A stretch of 64,000 nucleotides of DNA, from NCBI GenBank assembly GCA_039028615.1, contig JBCCHT010000015.1, positions 32,001 to 96,000 of the forward strand. Direction: 5' to 3'. A model generated the notes under the pieces. That model was given only the letters and a program-made list of their open reading frames with translations, ran no database searches and was not told where the DNA came from. Below are positions 38,687 to 49,321 of the stretch, one piece after another. Numbering within the stretch: the stretch's first letter is position 1; each line of letters opens with the position of its first letter. Source of the DNA: Myxococcota bacterium (lineage in GTDB: Bacteria; Myxococcota_A; Polyangia; Nannocystales; Nannocystaceae). The position numbers were made by a program, and so were the translations under genes.

Positions 38687-39523
38687 ATGGCTCCCACTCC
38701 GCTTCGATTCACCCAAGCCGAGCACTACTCGACGAACATCGAAGAGCAGTCGGCCCTGACTTCGATGGCCCCGCACGCGAACGTATTGTTCACCATCGCC
38801 GACGACTCGAACGCGGTGTGGTCGATCGAGCCGCCTGCGGACGCTGGCGGTGCGCTGCGAGTCGAGCGATTGAGCCCGGAGCGGGGCGTCCTCGATGGGC
38901 TGGAGGGGGCGACCTACGACCCCGAAGCGAGGACCTTGCGCGTCGTCACCGAGGATCCGCGGCAGCTGTGGGAACTCGAGGTGAGCCGGGACGGAGAGGC
39001 ACTGAAGGTCTCGGAGCCCGTGCGGCTGGGAACCCTCGAGCTACCGCTCACGGGGAGCGAGGAGCTGCGGCGGAACAAGGGGTGGGAGGGCATCACGACC
39101 ATGCCGGCGTCGCTGAGCCCCGATGGCGCCCCGTATCTGATCGCCGTCAACGAGGACTCGCCCCGTCGGGTCGCGCTGTTCGAGCTGAAGACGCTCACGC
39201 CATCCGGGTTCGCCGATCTCCCCGACGGCGCGGAGGCGCACCTATCCGATCTCTCCGACTGCGCGGTGGGTCCGACCGGAACCGTCTTCATCGTCTCCGA
39301 CCAGGGCGAGTCGTTCGGCGAGTTCGAGCTCACGAAGGACGACACTGCTGCGGGCGGGTGGTCTCTGACGTTGCTGGAGGTCACCGAGATCGCGGATCCG
39401 AGGCCCGAGGCTGAACGAAGGCGAAGGCTCAAAGCCGAGGGAATCGCATTCGACCTGCACGGTGACCTGTGGGTCGCTTGCGAGCGCGGGAAGGGGCTGC
39501 TGGTTCGCTTCGCCCGCCAGTAG
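38687..39523 (+). CDS. SdiA-regulated/YjiK-like beta-propeller protein
   Basis: LEGATYDP, NKGWEGIT, DLSD and AEGIAFD repeats; RBS aagga. Confidence 0.7.
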   Translation: MAPTPLRFTQAEHYSTNIEEQSALTSMAPHANVLFTIADDSNAVWSIEPPADAGGALRVERLSPERGVLDGLEGATYDPEARTLRVVTEDPRQLWELEVSRDGEALKVSEPVRLGTLELPLTGSEELRRNKGWEGITTMPASLSPDGAPYLIAVNEDSPRRVALFELKTLTPSGFADLPDGAEAHLSDLSDCAVGPTGTVFIVSDQGESFGEFELTKDDTAAGGWSLTLLEVTEIADPRPEAERRRRLKAEGIAFDLHGDLWVACERGKGLLVRFARQ

Positions 39524-39666
39524 AAGTCACGAGTCGTCGTTTCTGCGCCCCGATTGCGACGAATCGGAGCTGCGCTCGGTTTTTCGTGATCCGCCCCCCA
39601 TGTACGGGGACCCCCCAGTATGAGCACGAGAACCCGACGCCGTCTTCGGGGGAGATGGAGGGCGCC

Positions 39667-40152
39667 ATGATTGAGGACCGAGAATACGACCGAGACACGA
39701 CCACCGCCGAGGAAGCGGAGTTGATCCGCGGATCCATGCAGAAAATCGAGGCAGGAATCATCCAGTGGACCGAGATCCCGAGGCACACTCGCTACAGCCT
39801 CGGCCTCGTGTCGCAGGGCCTCGAGCGGCAGACGCAGGACATGGAGCTGTTCACGATGATCATCGACCTGCGCCGAGCGACCATGCCGACCGCCGTCATT
39901 CGTCAGGCGATTCGGGAGGCCATCTTCTCTCGCGATCGCTTGCTCCACACCGCGGTCTTCACCGGCCGCAACAGCGTGCTGAACGTCGTCGCCCGGCTGA
40001 TCATGTCGCAGACGATCTGCAATCGCTATTCCGTCCATCGCCACCGGGACGAGGCGCTGAACGTCGCGCGGCAGAAGCTCGCCATGGGCATGCCGCCCGT
40101 CCAAGAGGACTCGCTGATTCACTGGCGCCGAGTCGGCGACGCGCGCTTCTGA
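39667..40152 (+). CDS. STAS/SEC14-like small protein
   Basis: MIIDLRRATMPTAVIRQ...TAVFTG...LNVVARLI...HRDEAL pattern. Confidence 0.55.
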   Translation: MIEDREYDRDTTTAEEAELIRGSMQKIEAGIIQWTEIPRHTRYSLGLVSQGLERQTQDMELFTMIIDLRRATMPTAVIRQAIREAIFSRDRLLHTAVFTGRNSVLNVVARLIMSQTICNRYSVHRHRDEALNVARQKLAMGMPPVQEDSLIHWRRVGDARF

Positions 40153-40417
40153 TGGGGTGGGCGCTTGGGCTTCGAGTCGCTTGGGGGAGCGGCTCGACAC
40201 GCAGGCCAACGGGGTTGGGGCCCCGGACTCGACGCGTGGTTGGTCGAGTCCTGGGCCCTCGCCAATTTGGAAGAGTGGTCGTCGTCAGAAAAGTGACTTC
40301 GATGCAATCCGCTCGGACACCTTGTGGACCCATGTTGGTGGGTCGCCGTTGCGCCGGGTCGCCGGAGCTTTCCGCGGACGCGTTGCGCCCAGCGGCGGGC
40401 CCCAAGGATGGATGGAA

Positions 40418-41815
40418 ATGATGAACGCTCTCCGATTTGCTCCTCTGCTCGTTGGCGCAACGGGCTTCCTCTTCGCCTCGTCGGCCCAAGCGGCCTATCA
40501 GTCCATCGTGGTCGACACCACGGCGGACACCTTCGACCCCGACGGCTGTATCGACCGGGATCCGGGCAACTGCTCGTTGCGGTCTGCTGTGCACCAAGCC
40601 AACCAGACGCCGGAGTGGGATGAAATCGTCCTACCCACGGGGACCTACGTGATAGATAACCCGGTTGAGGGGGTGATTGATGTCTCGGCCCCGATTCACT
40701 TCAAGGGCGATGGTCCAAACGCGAGCACCGTCGAGTTTCACCTCCCGGGGGTCGTCGGGATCCAAGCCACGGGTGCCAACACGTACCTGGTCTTCGCATC
40801 GATGGCTCTCGAAGGGGCTGCTCCGGACGCGGGCGCTGTGTATGGCGACCATATTCAGTATCTGTATCTATACGACGCCGCGGTGCGAGATTTCGACTAT
40901 CAGTCCATGATCGTCGGGATCGAAGGAGGCAGCCTGCTGCTGCAAGAATTCGATGCTACAGACAACGTCTCCGATGATTTCGGATCAATGGCGATCTACG
41001 GCGAAGCGGAGCCCGGTCCCAATAGCTACGTGTGGGCCGAGGATCTGTTCATCTCGGACAACCACGGGGCGGACGGAGGATCGATTGTGCACGTGGACTA
41101 CGCCGAGAAGTGGTTCGATCGGGCCGAGATTGCACACAATGATGCGGGGAGGGCCATCGTAGAGTTCCATGGCGGCGGCCTCGGGTTTGAATCACCGAAA
41201 ATCTACAACCTCTACTTCCATCATAATTCGTCGCATGCAGGATTGCGCTTCATTGATCCCCACGCGGGTGGCTATCTCCAGAAGTCGGCGTTCACACACA
41301 ACAGTATGGCCTTTGGCACCATCAAGGTCGAGAATGACTTGCTGTCGATATCTCATAGTACGTTCGCGTTCAACAACGCCATGACCGGGTCCGCAATTAG
41401 TGCGGTCGACGGGGGAAGAGTCTTTGCTTTCGACTTGACTGTTACCGACAATCCCGCGATTTTCGGTACCTTTCACGCAGAGCCGGGTAGCGAGATCAAT
41501 ATGCAAGCCGACGCGGTCGAACCTTCGCTGGGATCTGATATCTGTGCGGGAGGCGGTACTTTCGTTTCGTACGGAGCGAACGCGTTCGTCGGTGACGCGA
41601 CCTGTCCTGGCCACGCGACGGACATCCTCACCAACGACCTCATGCTGCAGCCGCTCGATCAATACGGCGGGTTCAGTCCGTCACGCTTGCCGATGCCTGG
41701 CAGTCCGCTCATCGATGCGTCGACGTTCTGGTGGGGCAACGAGGATCAACGGGGTTTTCCCCGGGAGACGCCGTTCGATGTTGGCGCCGTGGAGTGTCAG
41801 CCGGGGGAGTGCTGA
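40418..41815 (+). CDS. CSLREA / choice-of-anchor-Q secreted beta-helix protein (intact paralog)
   Basis: Signal peptide ending AQA; VDTTADTFD...CSLRSAV; C-terminal GSPLID...DQRGFPR...DVGAVE. Confidence 0.85.
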   Translation: MMNALRFAPLLVGATGFLFASSAQAAYQSIVVDTTADTFDPDGCIDRDPGNCSLRSAVHQANQTPEWDEIVLPTGTYVIDNPVEGVIDVSAPIHFKGDGPNASTVEFHLPGVVGIQATGANTYLVFASMALEGAAPDAGAVYGDHIQYLYLYDAAVRDFDYQSMIVGIEGGSLLLQEFDATDNVSDDFGSMAIYGEAEPGPNSYVWAEDLFISDNHGADGGSIVHVDYAEKWFDRAEIAHNDAGRAIVEFHGGGLGFESPKIYNLYFHHNSSHAGLRFIDPHAGGYLQKSAFTHNSMAFGTIKVENDLLSISHSTFAFNNAMTGSAISAVDGGRVFAFDLTVTDNPAIFGTFHAEPGSEINMQADAVEPSLGSDICAGGGTFVSYGANAFVGDATCPGHATDILTNDLMLQPLDQYGGFSPSRLPMPGSPLIDASTFWWGNEDQRGFPRETPFDVGAVECQPGEC

Positions 41816-42067
41816 CGGAAGTCGAAGCCAAGAGGAGGGCCGCGCGATGGGTCGACCTCGGGGAGTTTCTTCGTGGTCACCGCGCGCGGTCGCGCGCGGT
41901 CCCTGTGTCTTGGATCGACTGGGGCTGCGTGTCTGCGGAAAACACGCGGTCCGGTGTTGACCAGGGCGGAAACGCTGGTTGCTCGTGCTCCGAGCGAAGC
42001 CGTTGGGCCCAGAATCACCACTGAGTGCAGAATCCGGGCATTTGCTGACCATGAGAGATTGCGCTCC

Positions 42068-42096
42068 TTGACAGGTCCTACATACCCCTTCATGTA
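42068..42096 (+). promoter_or_regulatory. TTGACA -35 box followed by a CTACAT-N7-ATGTAG inverted repeat; possible operator
   Basis: ttgaca at 42068-42073, ctacat at 42078-42083, atgtag at 42091-42096. Confidence 0.4.
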
Positions 42097-42214
42097 GCTG
42101 GCGAGCAGCGAAGAGGTCCGTGCGGCCTTCGAGTCCCTCTCCCTGCTGAACACAACAATCACGGGTTCACTGCATCGCGCCGGTCTCCAAACTACGGCGC
42201 GGGGAGAAGAAACC

Positions 42215-43204
42215 ATGATTCGCGTGTCTCACGTCGTTGCCGCCCTTTCCCTTTCGATCGCCGCTTCCGCTTGCTCGAACGAGCCCGTCGGACGCGATGC
42301 GGATGCCGTCGACTTCGACCGCTCCGCCAGCTCTGCGCTGGTGGACTACGGCATCCTGAACCTGGTCAACGACCCGACCACCGACGAGGCGTTCCTCGAC
42401 TTGGTGGTCCCGCTCGACGCGCGGTCGGCCTTCGAGATCATCGCGCACCGCAACGGCGAGGACGGCCTGCCCGGCACCGCCGACGACAACACGTTCGACC
42501 ACATTCGAGAGCTCGACGAGGTGTACTGGGTCGGCCCGGTCGCGATGTCGCTGCTCGAGTCCTACGTGATCGACAACGACCTGGTGCCGCACGCGGACGA
42601 CCTGCTCGGCACCTACGACGGCGTGGAGCTGACCTACGGCGAGGCCATCGACACCCTGGCGCTCGCCAACACGGCGACCGAGGACGAGCTCGACTACGAC
42701 GTGCCCCTCGATCGTCGCGCGGTCGACAGCATCCTCGACGCCCGTCCGATCGAGTCGATGGAGGAGCTGGCCGAGCTGTACTGGGTCGGACCTGTCGGGA
42801 TGAACCGCATGGTGCAGTACGCCCTGCCCACGCCGCCCGCCAACTCGTGGTCCGAGCAGTTCAGCCACGACCAACAGTTCCAGATCCCCGACGGTTGGGG
42901 TGGCTTGTGGACTCAGGTCGAGGTCGTGGGCGCGCCGGCCGAGGCCGATGTGCTCGTCGTGGAAATCGATGTGGAGCATGACGACCTGTCGCAGGTGAAG
43001 GCCAAGCTCACGGCGCCCAACGGCTCGTACATGTACCTGTGGGTGCACGAGGCCTCGCCCGAGACCATCATCGACCTGCCGCCCGAGTTCCAGTACGGCG
43101 ACGACGCCAACGGGACCTGGAGCCTCACCCTTTGGGACACCGTGGCCGGAACGCAGGGCTCGCTGCAGGGCTGGTCCATGACCGTCTCCACGCCGGGCGC
43201 CTGA
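42215..43204 (+). CDS. Lipoprotein with two ComEA-like helix-hairpin-helix repeats and a proprotein-convertase P-domain
   Basis: Lipobox ASAC; duplicated N...LD..VPLD.R....I...R...EL....WVGP; IPD...IDVEH...LTAPNG...GTWSLTLWD. Confidence 0.75.
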   Translation: MIRVSHVVAALSLSIAASACSNEPVGRDADAVDFDRSASSALVDYGILNLVNDPTTDEAFLDLVVPLDARSAFEIIAHRNGEDGLPGTADDNTFDHIRELDEVYWVGPVAMSLLESYVIDNDLVPHADDLLGTYDGVELTYGEAIDTLALANTATEDELDYDVPLDRRAVDSILDARPIESMEELAELYWVGPVGMNRMVQYALPTPPANSWSEQFSHDQQFQIPDGWGGLWTQVEVVGAPAEADVLVVEIDVEHDDLSQVKAKLTAPNGSYMYLWVHEASPETIIDLPPEFQYGDDANGTWSLTLWDTVAGTQGSLQGWSMTVSTPGA

Positions 43205-43264
43205 GCCATCCTCGGGATCCGAACCGCGATGCCCCCGTCGAAGCCGTCGCTTCGGCCGGGGGCA

Positions 43265-44311
43265 TCATTGCGTGGCGTCGGTTGGTTTCGCGGTCTCGCG
43301 GCGGACTCGCATTCGCTCGAACCGGCTCGCGATGACGCCCCCGTCGCCGGTGATCGGGTTGTCGCGGAGCTCGACTCGCATGGAGTTCGTCTCGCGATGC
43401 TCGAGCAGGATGCCGCGGCGGACGTCGATGCGCATCGTGCCATCCAACCGCAGATCCGAATCCGCCATGATGGTCTTCATCATGAGCGTGGGCACCATAA
43501 CCCCCTCACCGCTAAACGCAGCCTGTAGCTCGCCGTCTTCGCTGGACTTGACCTCGTAGGTGACTTCGTAGCGAACGGTGGAGTCGAATAGCGACGGAAA
43601 CTCGTGGCTGTGGATCCAGCGTGAGCCTGTGGTCGCGGGCTCGTCGGGCAGCAGCGGACGAATACCCCGGGCCACGAGGCGGGGCGCCTGGAGCTCGAGA
43701 TCCGAGGCGAGTTGATCTCGCGCACGCTGCAGGTCCTCCGTCGACATCGTGGGCGCCAGCGTTTCGAAGCGCGCGAGGACCTCCGCGTGGCGGGCTTCGG
43801 TGTCGTGCACTCGTTCCACGGTGCCGAGCGGCGTCATCGTCATCTCGAGGGGGACGTCGATGAACGACATCTCCCGGGCTGCGTCGGGGGTGAGCGGTGC
43901 CGTCGGTGCTTGGCCGCTGCGAAACACGACATGGCCACCCTCGCGCCGGACCTCGTACTGGTAGTGCACGACGGTGGTCTTCAGCCGGATTTGCTCCGCC
44001 GCGACGTCGACGACCTCGAAGCGCTCGGTCTTTGTCGTGATGACCGAAGGCTGCGTCGGATCGGAGGTGCCCTTGGGGTGCTCGAGGATGAACATGTGCT
44101 CGGTGACGTCCTCCTCCCAGCGGTCACCGGGCTCGAGCCGCCAACGCAGCGTTCGAGCGGGCTCCGGCTCGGGCGTAGGCTCGGCCGACGCGACAACGGT
44201 CCCAGAGGGGTTCTCGGACGGGGTCTCACGGGAGGTCCCGCTCTGGTTGGGCGCACACGCCATCACCAGCAGCAGTGCCATCGGCCCGATTCCACGAACG
44301 TCTTTCGCCAT
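43265..44311 (-). CDS. Lipoprotein, DUF6263-like
   Basis: Lipobox VMAC; LRWRLEPG, MTPLG, LLPDEP...GSRW, IDVRRG pattern. Confidence 0.55.
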   Translation of the reverse strand: MAKDVRGIGPMALLLVMACAPNQSGTSRETPSENPSGTVVASAEPTPEPEPARTLRWRLEPGDRWEEDVTEHMFILEHPKGTSDPTQPSVITTKTERFEVVDVAAEQIRLKTTVVHYQYEVRREGGHVVFRSGQAPTAPLTPDAAREMSFIDVPLEMTMTPLGTVERVHDTEARHAEVLARFETLAPTMSTEDLQRARDQLASDLELQAPRLVARGIRPLLPDEPATTGSRWIHSHEFPSLFDSTVRYEVTYEVKSSEDGELQAAFSGEGVMVPTLMMKTIMADSDLRLDGTMRIDVRRGILLEHRETNSMRVELRDNPITGDGGVIASRFERMRVRRETAKPTDATQ

Positions 44312-44504
44312 GGTGCTCGGGGAATGATCGGCCACCGCGCTCCGGTTGTCGACGGGGCGCCGTAGCTTCGGGCCTCCGAGCGTCGGGAATTTCTCACCGT
44401 CGCGGTCGTCGTTCACGTTCAGGGCTTACATCGTTCCCGCTGAAGTTCCGACTCGTTTTGATTCTCGGGTAGTGCCGGCCTCCTTGGGGTGAGGTGGGCG
44501 CTCG

Positions 44505-47500
44505 TTGTTTGCTTCCGATCGGAGGTCTAGATTGCTTTTCTGGACATCGGGGGGCGGTTTGGAACGAGACGAGAGTCGGGACGATCCTGGCGACGGATTG
44601 GCCGCTGTGGCCGCGAGGCGGGCGGAGGTACGGACGGTCGCCGAGTCTCACGGAGGTTCCGAGTCCGTCATGGCATCGAGCCACTCGTTCGAGTTGGGGC
44701 GCTATGTGGTGATGGGCACCTTGGGGCGCGGGGGCATGGGGGTGGTGTTCAAGGCCTTCGATTCGACCCTCGATCGTCTCGTCGCGCTCAAGGTCCTACA
44801 CCGTGAAGTCGATGAGATGCATACATCTCGCTTGCGGCGAGAGGCTCAGGCGATGGCGAAGCTGTCGCATCCCAACGTGGTGCAGGTGTACGAGGTCGGC
44901 GAGGCGGATGGGCAGACCTTCGTCGCGATGGAGATGGTCGCGGGACAGAGGCTCGACGAGTGGATGCGCCAACATCCGCGGCCCCAGTGGCGTGCATGCG
45001 TCGATGTGTTCTCGGCTCTGGGGGCCGGGTTGGCCGCAGCGCACGAGCAGGGCCTCGTTCACCGCGACTTCAAGCCGGGCAATGCCATCATCGACGACGA
45101 CGGTCGGCCGCGCGTGCTCGACTTCGGCTTGGCGCGCCACAGAGACGAACTCACGGAGGACGGCACGGTCGAATCGGCGCGAACGCGTGAGCAGGAGGGC
45201 GGGCCGCTCGAAGCATCGCTGACCAGGACGGGGACGATACTCGGGACGCCCGCCTATATGCCGCCCGAGCAAATGAGCGGTGCGCTGACGGATGCTCGCA
45301 GCGACCAGTTCAGCTTTTGTGTCGCGCTGTACGAGGCGCTCTACGGGCAGCGGCCGTATCCGGGCGACACGTTGGCGGCGCTGAAGGTGTCGCTGCAGGG
45401 GGGAATGAGCGACCCGGCGCCGCGAGGGAGCGCCGTGCCTGCCTCGCTACGGACGGTGGTGCTGCGGGGTCTGGCGATTGCACCCGAGGAACGCTGGCCC
45501 TCGATGGAGGCGTTGCTGGAGCAGCTGCGTGACCTTGCGACGCCTCGCAGGAGACGAGGGGCAGCTCTGGCGGTCGTCGTGGGGATGGCCGCGGTCGGAG
45601 CGGGACTGGAATTGCCGCGCTACGCTGAATGGAGCGAGCGCTGCACGGGGGCGCGAGCGCAGCTGGACGGCATCTGGGATGACGCCCGGCGGCAGCAAGT
45701 CGAGGCCGCCGTCTTGGGCACGAACCTTCCGTACGCCGCGGACACCTGGAAGCGAGTGGAGCCGCGGCTCGACGACTACGCCCAGACGTGGGCTGCCAGG
45801 CACACGGAGGCGTGCGAGATGACCCGGCTTCGTGGGGAGCAGACCGAAGAGGCGATGAGCTTGCGCATGGCCTGCCTTCGGACCCGTCGCACGGCGCTCG
45901 ATGCCGCGGTGACGGTGCTCGTCCAGGCCGACGACACGGCGGTGCGCAATGCGGTGAAGCTGACCTCGGGGCTGCCCGAGCTCCATTACTGCGACGACCT
46001 GGACGCCCTGGAACGGCAACGACAACGCGTCCCACCCCCCGAGGACCCGCAGGTGGCCGAGGAGGTGGAAGGGGAGCGCGAGCGGCTCGCCGAGATCGAA
46101 GCCATGTATGTCGCGGGGCTATTTGCAGCCGCGTTGGAGGAGGTCGAGCGCGTCGTGACTCGAGCCGAGGCCTTGGGATACGGGCCGCTGCTGGCGGAGG
46201 CGAGGGGCAAGCGAGGGCAGCTGAGAGAAGCCAATGGGCTGTACGTCGAGGCGGAGAAGGAGCTGACCGAGGCCTACACGCTGGCCGTGGAGCACGACCA
46301 CGAGACGGTGCAGCTGTCGTCGGCGAGTCTGTTGGTGTTCTTGGTCGGCACTCGATTGCAGCGCCCTGCACCGGGGCGGCAGTGGTCCCGGGTCGCGCAG
46401 CCATTGGCGGTGCGCATCGGTGAGCCTCGAGGCGTGGCGACGAGCTGGGGAAACCTGGGGCTCCTACTCACCAGCCAAGGAGAGTACGACGAGGCACAGA
46501 AGGCTCATGCAAACGCTCTGGCCACCATGGAAGACGCCCTGGGCGCGGAGCATTTCGCGGTGGCCAGACACTCGAACAACATGGGCACGGTGTTCGACTT
46601 CAAAGGGGAGTTCGAGCAGGCCCAGGCGGCGCACGAGCGGACGCTACGGATCCTCGAAGCCGCGCTGGGGCCCGCTCATCCCGATGTGGCCGGCAGCTGC
46701 AACAACCTGGGGATCGTGCTGTGGAGCCGAGGGCGATACGAGGAGGCGAGGAGCACGTTCGAGCGAGCGCTCCGCATATTGGAGAAGGCGTTGGGAAGGG
46801 ATCATCCCGTCGTCGCTCAGACGCTGAACAACCTGGGCATCGCGCTCGAGAGTCAAGGGCGCTACGGGGAGGCCCAGCGTGCGTATGAGCGTGCACTGCG
46901 GGTCTTGGAGAACGCGCTCGGCCCGGACCACCCGGTCGTGGCCAGGAGCTGGGACAACCTGGGCAACGTGCTCACGAGCCAGGGGCAATACAAAGAGGCC
47001 AGCGAATCTCACGAGCGAGCGCTGCGGATCCGCGAGACGGCGCAGGGGGCCGAGCATCCCGAGGTCGCCAATAGTTGGAACAACTTGGGGGTCGCGCTCT
47101 CGAACCAGGGAAAGTACGAAGAAGCGAAAGACGCCCTCCAGCGAGCGCGAGACCTATGGCAAGAGGCGCTGGGCCCCGATCATCCCGATGTGTCCAATAG
47201 CTGGGACAACCTCGGCACGGTCCTGCGGAAGCAAGGGGAGCACGAGGAGGCGAAGGCGGCCTTTGCAGAGGCGCTCGCGATCCGTGACAAGGCCTTGGGC
47301 CCCGAGCATCCCGAGGTTGCTGCGACACTCGTCGGGCTCGCTACCGTCGCGCTGGAGCAGGACGACTTCGATGCGGCCCGAGCGTACGGCGAGCGTGCCG
47401 TGTCGATTCGTGAACGAGGGGAGGTGGGCCCCGAAGAACTCGCGGAGGCACGCTTGGTGCTCGCTCGCGCGTTGTGGAGTGAACCCGGACAGCGCGATCG

Positions 47501-47612
47501 CGCCAGGAGGTTGGCCGAGCAGGCGCGAAGCGGGTTCGCCGAAGCTGGAGCGGGGCAACGAGAGGGCCTGGCTGAGGCCGAACAATGGTTGGCGAAGCAC
47601 CACGAGCACTAG
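44505..47612 (+). CDS. Ser/Thr protein kinase with TM segment and tandem 42-aa TPR repeats
   Basis: GRGGMGVV, HRDFKPGN, DFG, GTPAYMPPE; about 8 LGxxHPxVAxSxNNLG repeats. Start uncertain. Confidence 0.92.
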   Translation: MFASDRRSRLLFWTSGGGLERDESRDDPGDGLAAVAARRAEVRTVAESHGGSESVMASSHSFELGRYVVMGTLGRGGMGVVFKAFDSTLDRLVALKVLHREVDEMHTSRLRREAQAMAKLSHPNVVQVYEVGEADGQTFVAMEMVAGQRLDEWMRQHPRPQWRACVDVFSALGAGLAAAHEQGLVHRDFKPGNAIIDDDGRPRVLDFGLARHRDELTEDGTVESARTREQEGGPLEASLTRTGTILGTPAYMPPEQMSGALTDARSDQFSFCVALYEALYGQRPYPGDTLAALKVSLQGGMSDPAPRGSAVPASLRTVVLRGLAIAPEERWPSMEALLEQLRDLATPRRRRGAALAVVVGMAAVGAGLELPRYAEWSERCTGARAQLDGIWDDARRQQVEAAVLGTNLPYAADTWKRVEPRLDDYAQTWAARHTEACEMTRLRGEQTEEAMSLRMACLRTRRTALDAAVTVLVQADDTAVRNAVKLTSGLPELHYCDDLDALERQRQRVPPPEDPQVAEEVEGERERLAEIEAMYVAGLFAAALEEVERVVTRAEALGYGPLLAEARGKRGQLREANGLYVEAEKELTEAYTLAVEHDHETVQLSSASLLVFLVGTRLQRPAPGRQWSRVAQPLAVRIGEPRGVATSWGNLGLLLTSQGEYDEAQKAHANALATMEDALGAEHFAVARHSNNMGTVFDFKGEFEQAQAAHERTLRILEAALGPAHPDVAGSCNNLGIVLWSRGRYEEARSTFERALRILEKALGRDHPVVAQTLNNLGIALESQGRYGEAQRAYERALRVLENALGPDHPVVARSWDNLGNVLTSQGQYKEASESHERALRIRETAQGAEHPEVANSWNNLGVALSNQGKYEEAKDALQRARDLWQEALGPDHPDVSNSWDNLGTVLRKQGEHEEAKAAFAEALAIRDKALGPEHPEVAATLVGLATVALEQDDFDAARAYGERAVSIRERGEVGPEELAEARLVLARALWSEPGQRDRARRLAEQARSGFAEAGAGQREGLAEAEQWLAKHHEH

Positions 47613-47731
47613 CGGTCTGGCGAACGGGTGCTTGCTCATCGGGGCGCAGCCGGTCCATCGCGACGCAATCCTGAAGGTTGAGAGCCTGGGTGGCGAGACT
47701 CTGGTGCTTCGAGCGCGTACTCTGGAGCCCG

Positions 47732-48184
47732 ATGCTCGTTCGACGCTACTCGCTCCTGATCTCGTTCGTCGTGTCCACCCTCGCCGCCCCGGGATGCGCG
47801 AGGTCGGTGCGACCCATCCAGCCTCCGAGCGGGCTGACGGATGTCCTTCGGCAGGGCAAAGCGGTACCGCACGAGGCCTTCGTCGAGCTGGTGCGAGAGG
47901 GAATCGAGTCGGCGACCTGGGTCATCGAGCGGGACGAGGTCGAGCGAACGGGCGGTCGGATTTCGCATACGACGATGTGGATTCACCGGGTCCGCGACGA
48001 GACTCGGGTCGATGTCCGCGTCGATGTACGCGACGGCATGTACGGGTTGATCATCACCGCGAGTAAGGGGCTTCCCCGCAACGATGCTGACTGGGTGGTG
48101 CTCCTCGACGAGTCCATTCGCGATGCGCTCGGTATCGACTACTCCGAGTCTGGAGATGCGATGGCGGTCGATTGGTCGCCCTGA
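47732..48184 (+). CDS. Hypothetical lipoprotein
   Basis: Hydrophobic N-terminus and APGC lipobox. Confidence 0.55.
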   Translation: MLVRRYSLLISFVVSTLAAPGCARSVRPIQPPSGLTDVLRQGKAVPHEAFVELVREGIESATWVIERDEVERTGGRISHTTMWIHRVRDETRVDVRVDVRDGMYGLIITASKGLPRNDADWVVLLDESIRDALGIDYSESGDAMAVDWSP

Positions 48185-48314
48185 AGTCGCCGCGGGCGCG
48201 TCGGAATGAACCGATCCTGCGGCTCTTGCAGCTCGGCCGCGATCGGTAGAATTCGAGAGTCGTCATCGCTGGGTTTTCGGGCGGCGCATGTCTCGATGCG
48301 CGTATGCTCTCGGC

Positions 48315-49292
48315 ATGACATTACGTAGCGTGCTCGCGGTTTCTGTCTTGCTCGTCGCCGCTTGTGGCGATGATGCCTCCAGTTCCGATCCTATTGCTGA
48401 TGGTGAGTCGGGGGCCGCGACCACGGACTCGGGAATGACGACGTCTTCGGATTCCCCGGCAACGGGAACCGATGACGAGGGAGCAGACGCTACGGGGGGC
48501 TCCGCAGAATCAGCGAGCACAGAGGACCCGCCGGGCGATATGGCCCCCTCTGCCGGGTGCGGTACGCCCACTCGCGATGCCGGGACGGTCGAGCTGACTA
48601 TCGACGCAGGCGGGGCCAATCGCCAGGTCTTCGTCATGATTCCTCCGGGCTATGACCCCGAGCAGCCGTATCCCATCGTCTACAACTGGCATGGTCTGGG
48701 TGGTGATGCGCAGCAGTCGACGACGTGGTTGGGGGTGCCCCATGCATCCGCTGGCGAGGCCATCTTGGTGTATCCGCAGGGGGAGGGCGGGAGCTATGAG
48801 CCTGCGAATCAGTGGGACCTGGCGTATCCCGACATCGCGGCGTACATGGGGGACAACTACTGCGTCGACGAGAATCGAATCTACTCGATCAGCTACTCCG
48901 GGGGAGGTGCACTGAATGTCTATCTCGCGTGTATCTACGATGACTTCGCGGCGGGGGTGAAAGTGTCCAACCTCAATGGTTGGCCGACGGATGAAGAACT
49001 CATCGCGGGCGGCAACCCGCCCTGCTTCCACAACCCGTTCATGTTCATCTACAACGAGAACGACGGGAACTTCGACTGGCAGGGGGCGGCGGACGAAATC
49101 TTGCTGTACTCGGGTTGCTCGGCCGAAGGCGGAGAGGCGAGCATGTTTGGTGCGAATGACTGCCTGCACTACACCGACTGCACCGACGGCCCGGCACGGG
49201 TGTGCACCTACGACAGCCCGGGGGACCCCCATGCATGGCTGAACGAGCACCAGGACGCGATCTGGGACTTCCTGGCGCCGATCTCCAAGTAG
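48315..49292 (+). CDS. Esterase (PHB-depolymerase/feruloyl-esterase-like) lipoprotein
   Basis: Lipobox VAAC; PSAGCG; WHGLGG; CVDENRIYSISYSGGG; C-terminal HAW. Confidence 0.78.
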   Translation: MTLRSVLAVSVLLVAACGDDASSSDPIADGESGAATTDSGMTTSSDSPATGTDDEGADATGGSAESASTEDPPGDMAPSAGCGTPTRDAGTVELTIDAGGANRQVFVMIPPGYDPEQPYPIVYNWHGLGGDAQQSTTWLGVPHASAGEAILVYPQGEGGSYEPANQWDLAYPDIAAYMGDNYCVDENRIYSISYSGGGALNVYLACIYDDFAAGVKVSNLNGWPTDEELIAGGNPPCFHNPFMFIYNENDGNFDWQGAADEILLYSGCSAEGGEASMFGANDCLHYTDCTDGPARVCTYDSPGDPHAWLNEHQDAIWDFLAPISK

Positions 49293-49321
49293 CGCGGGCG
49301 GTCGGTCGCGCTCCGGCTCGC

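Noticed and set aside
42078..42096. Palindrome as a Myxococcus-type LexA box
   Set aside because: Lacks the GTTCAG half-site I recall for that motif; kept only as an unassigned operator
46430..47350. Regular 126-bp periodicity resembling an array
   Set aside because: Coding 42-aa TPR repeats within the kinase; no spacers or cas genes
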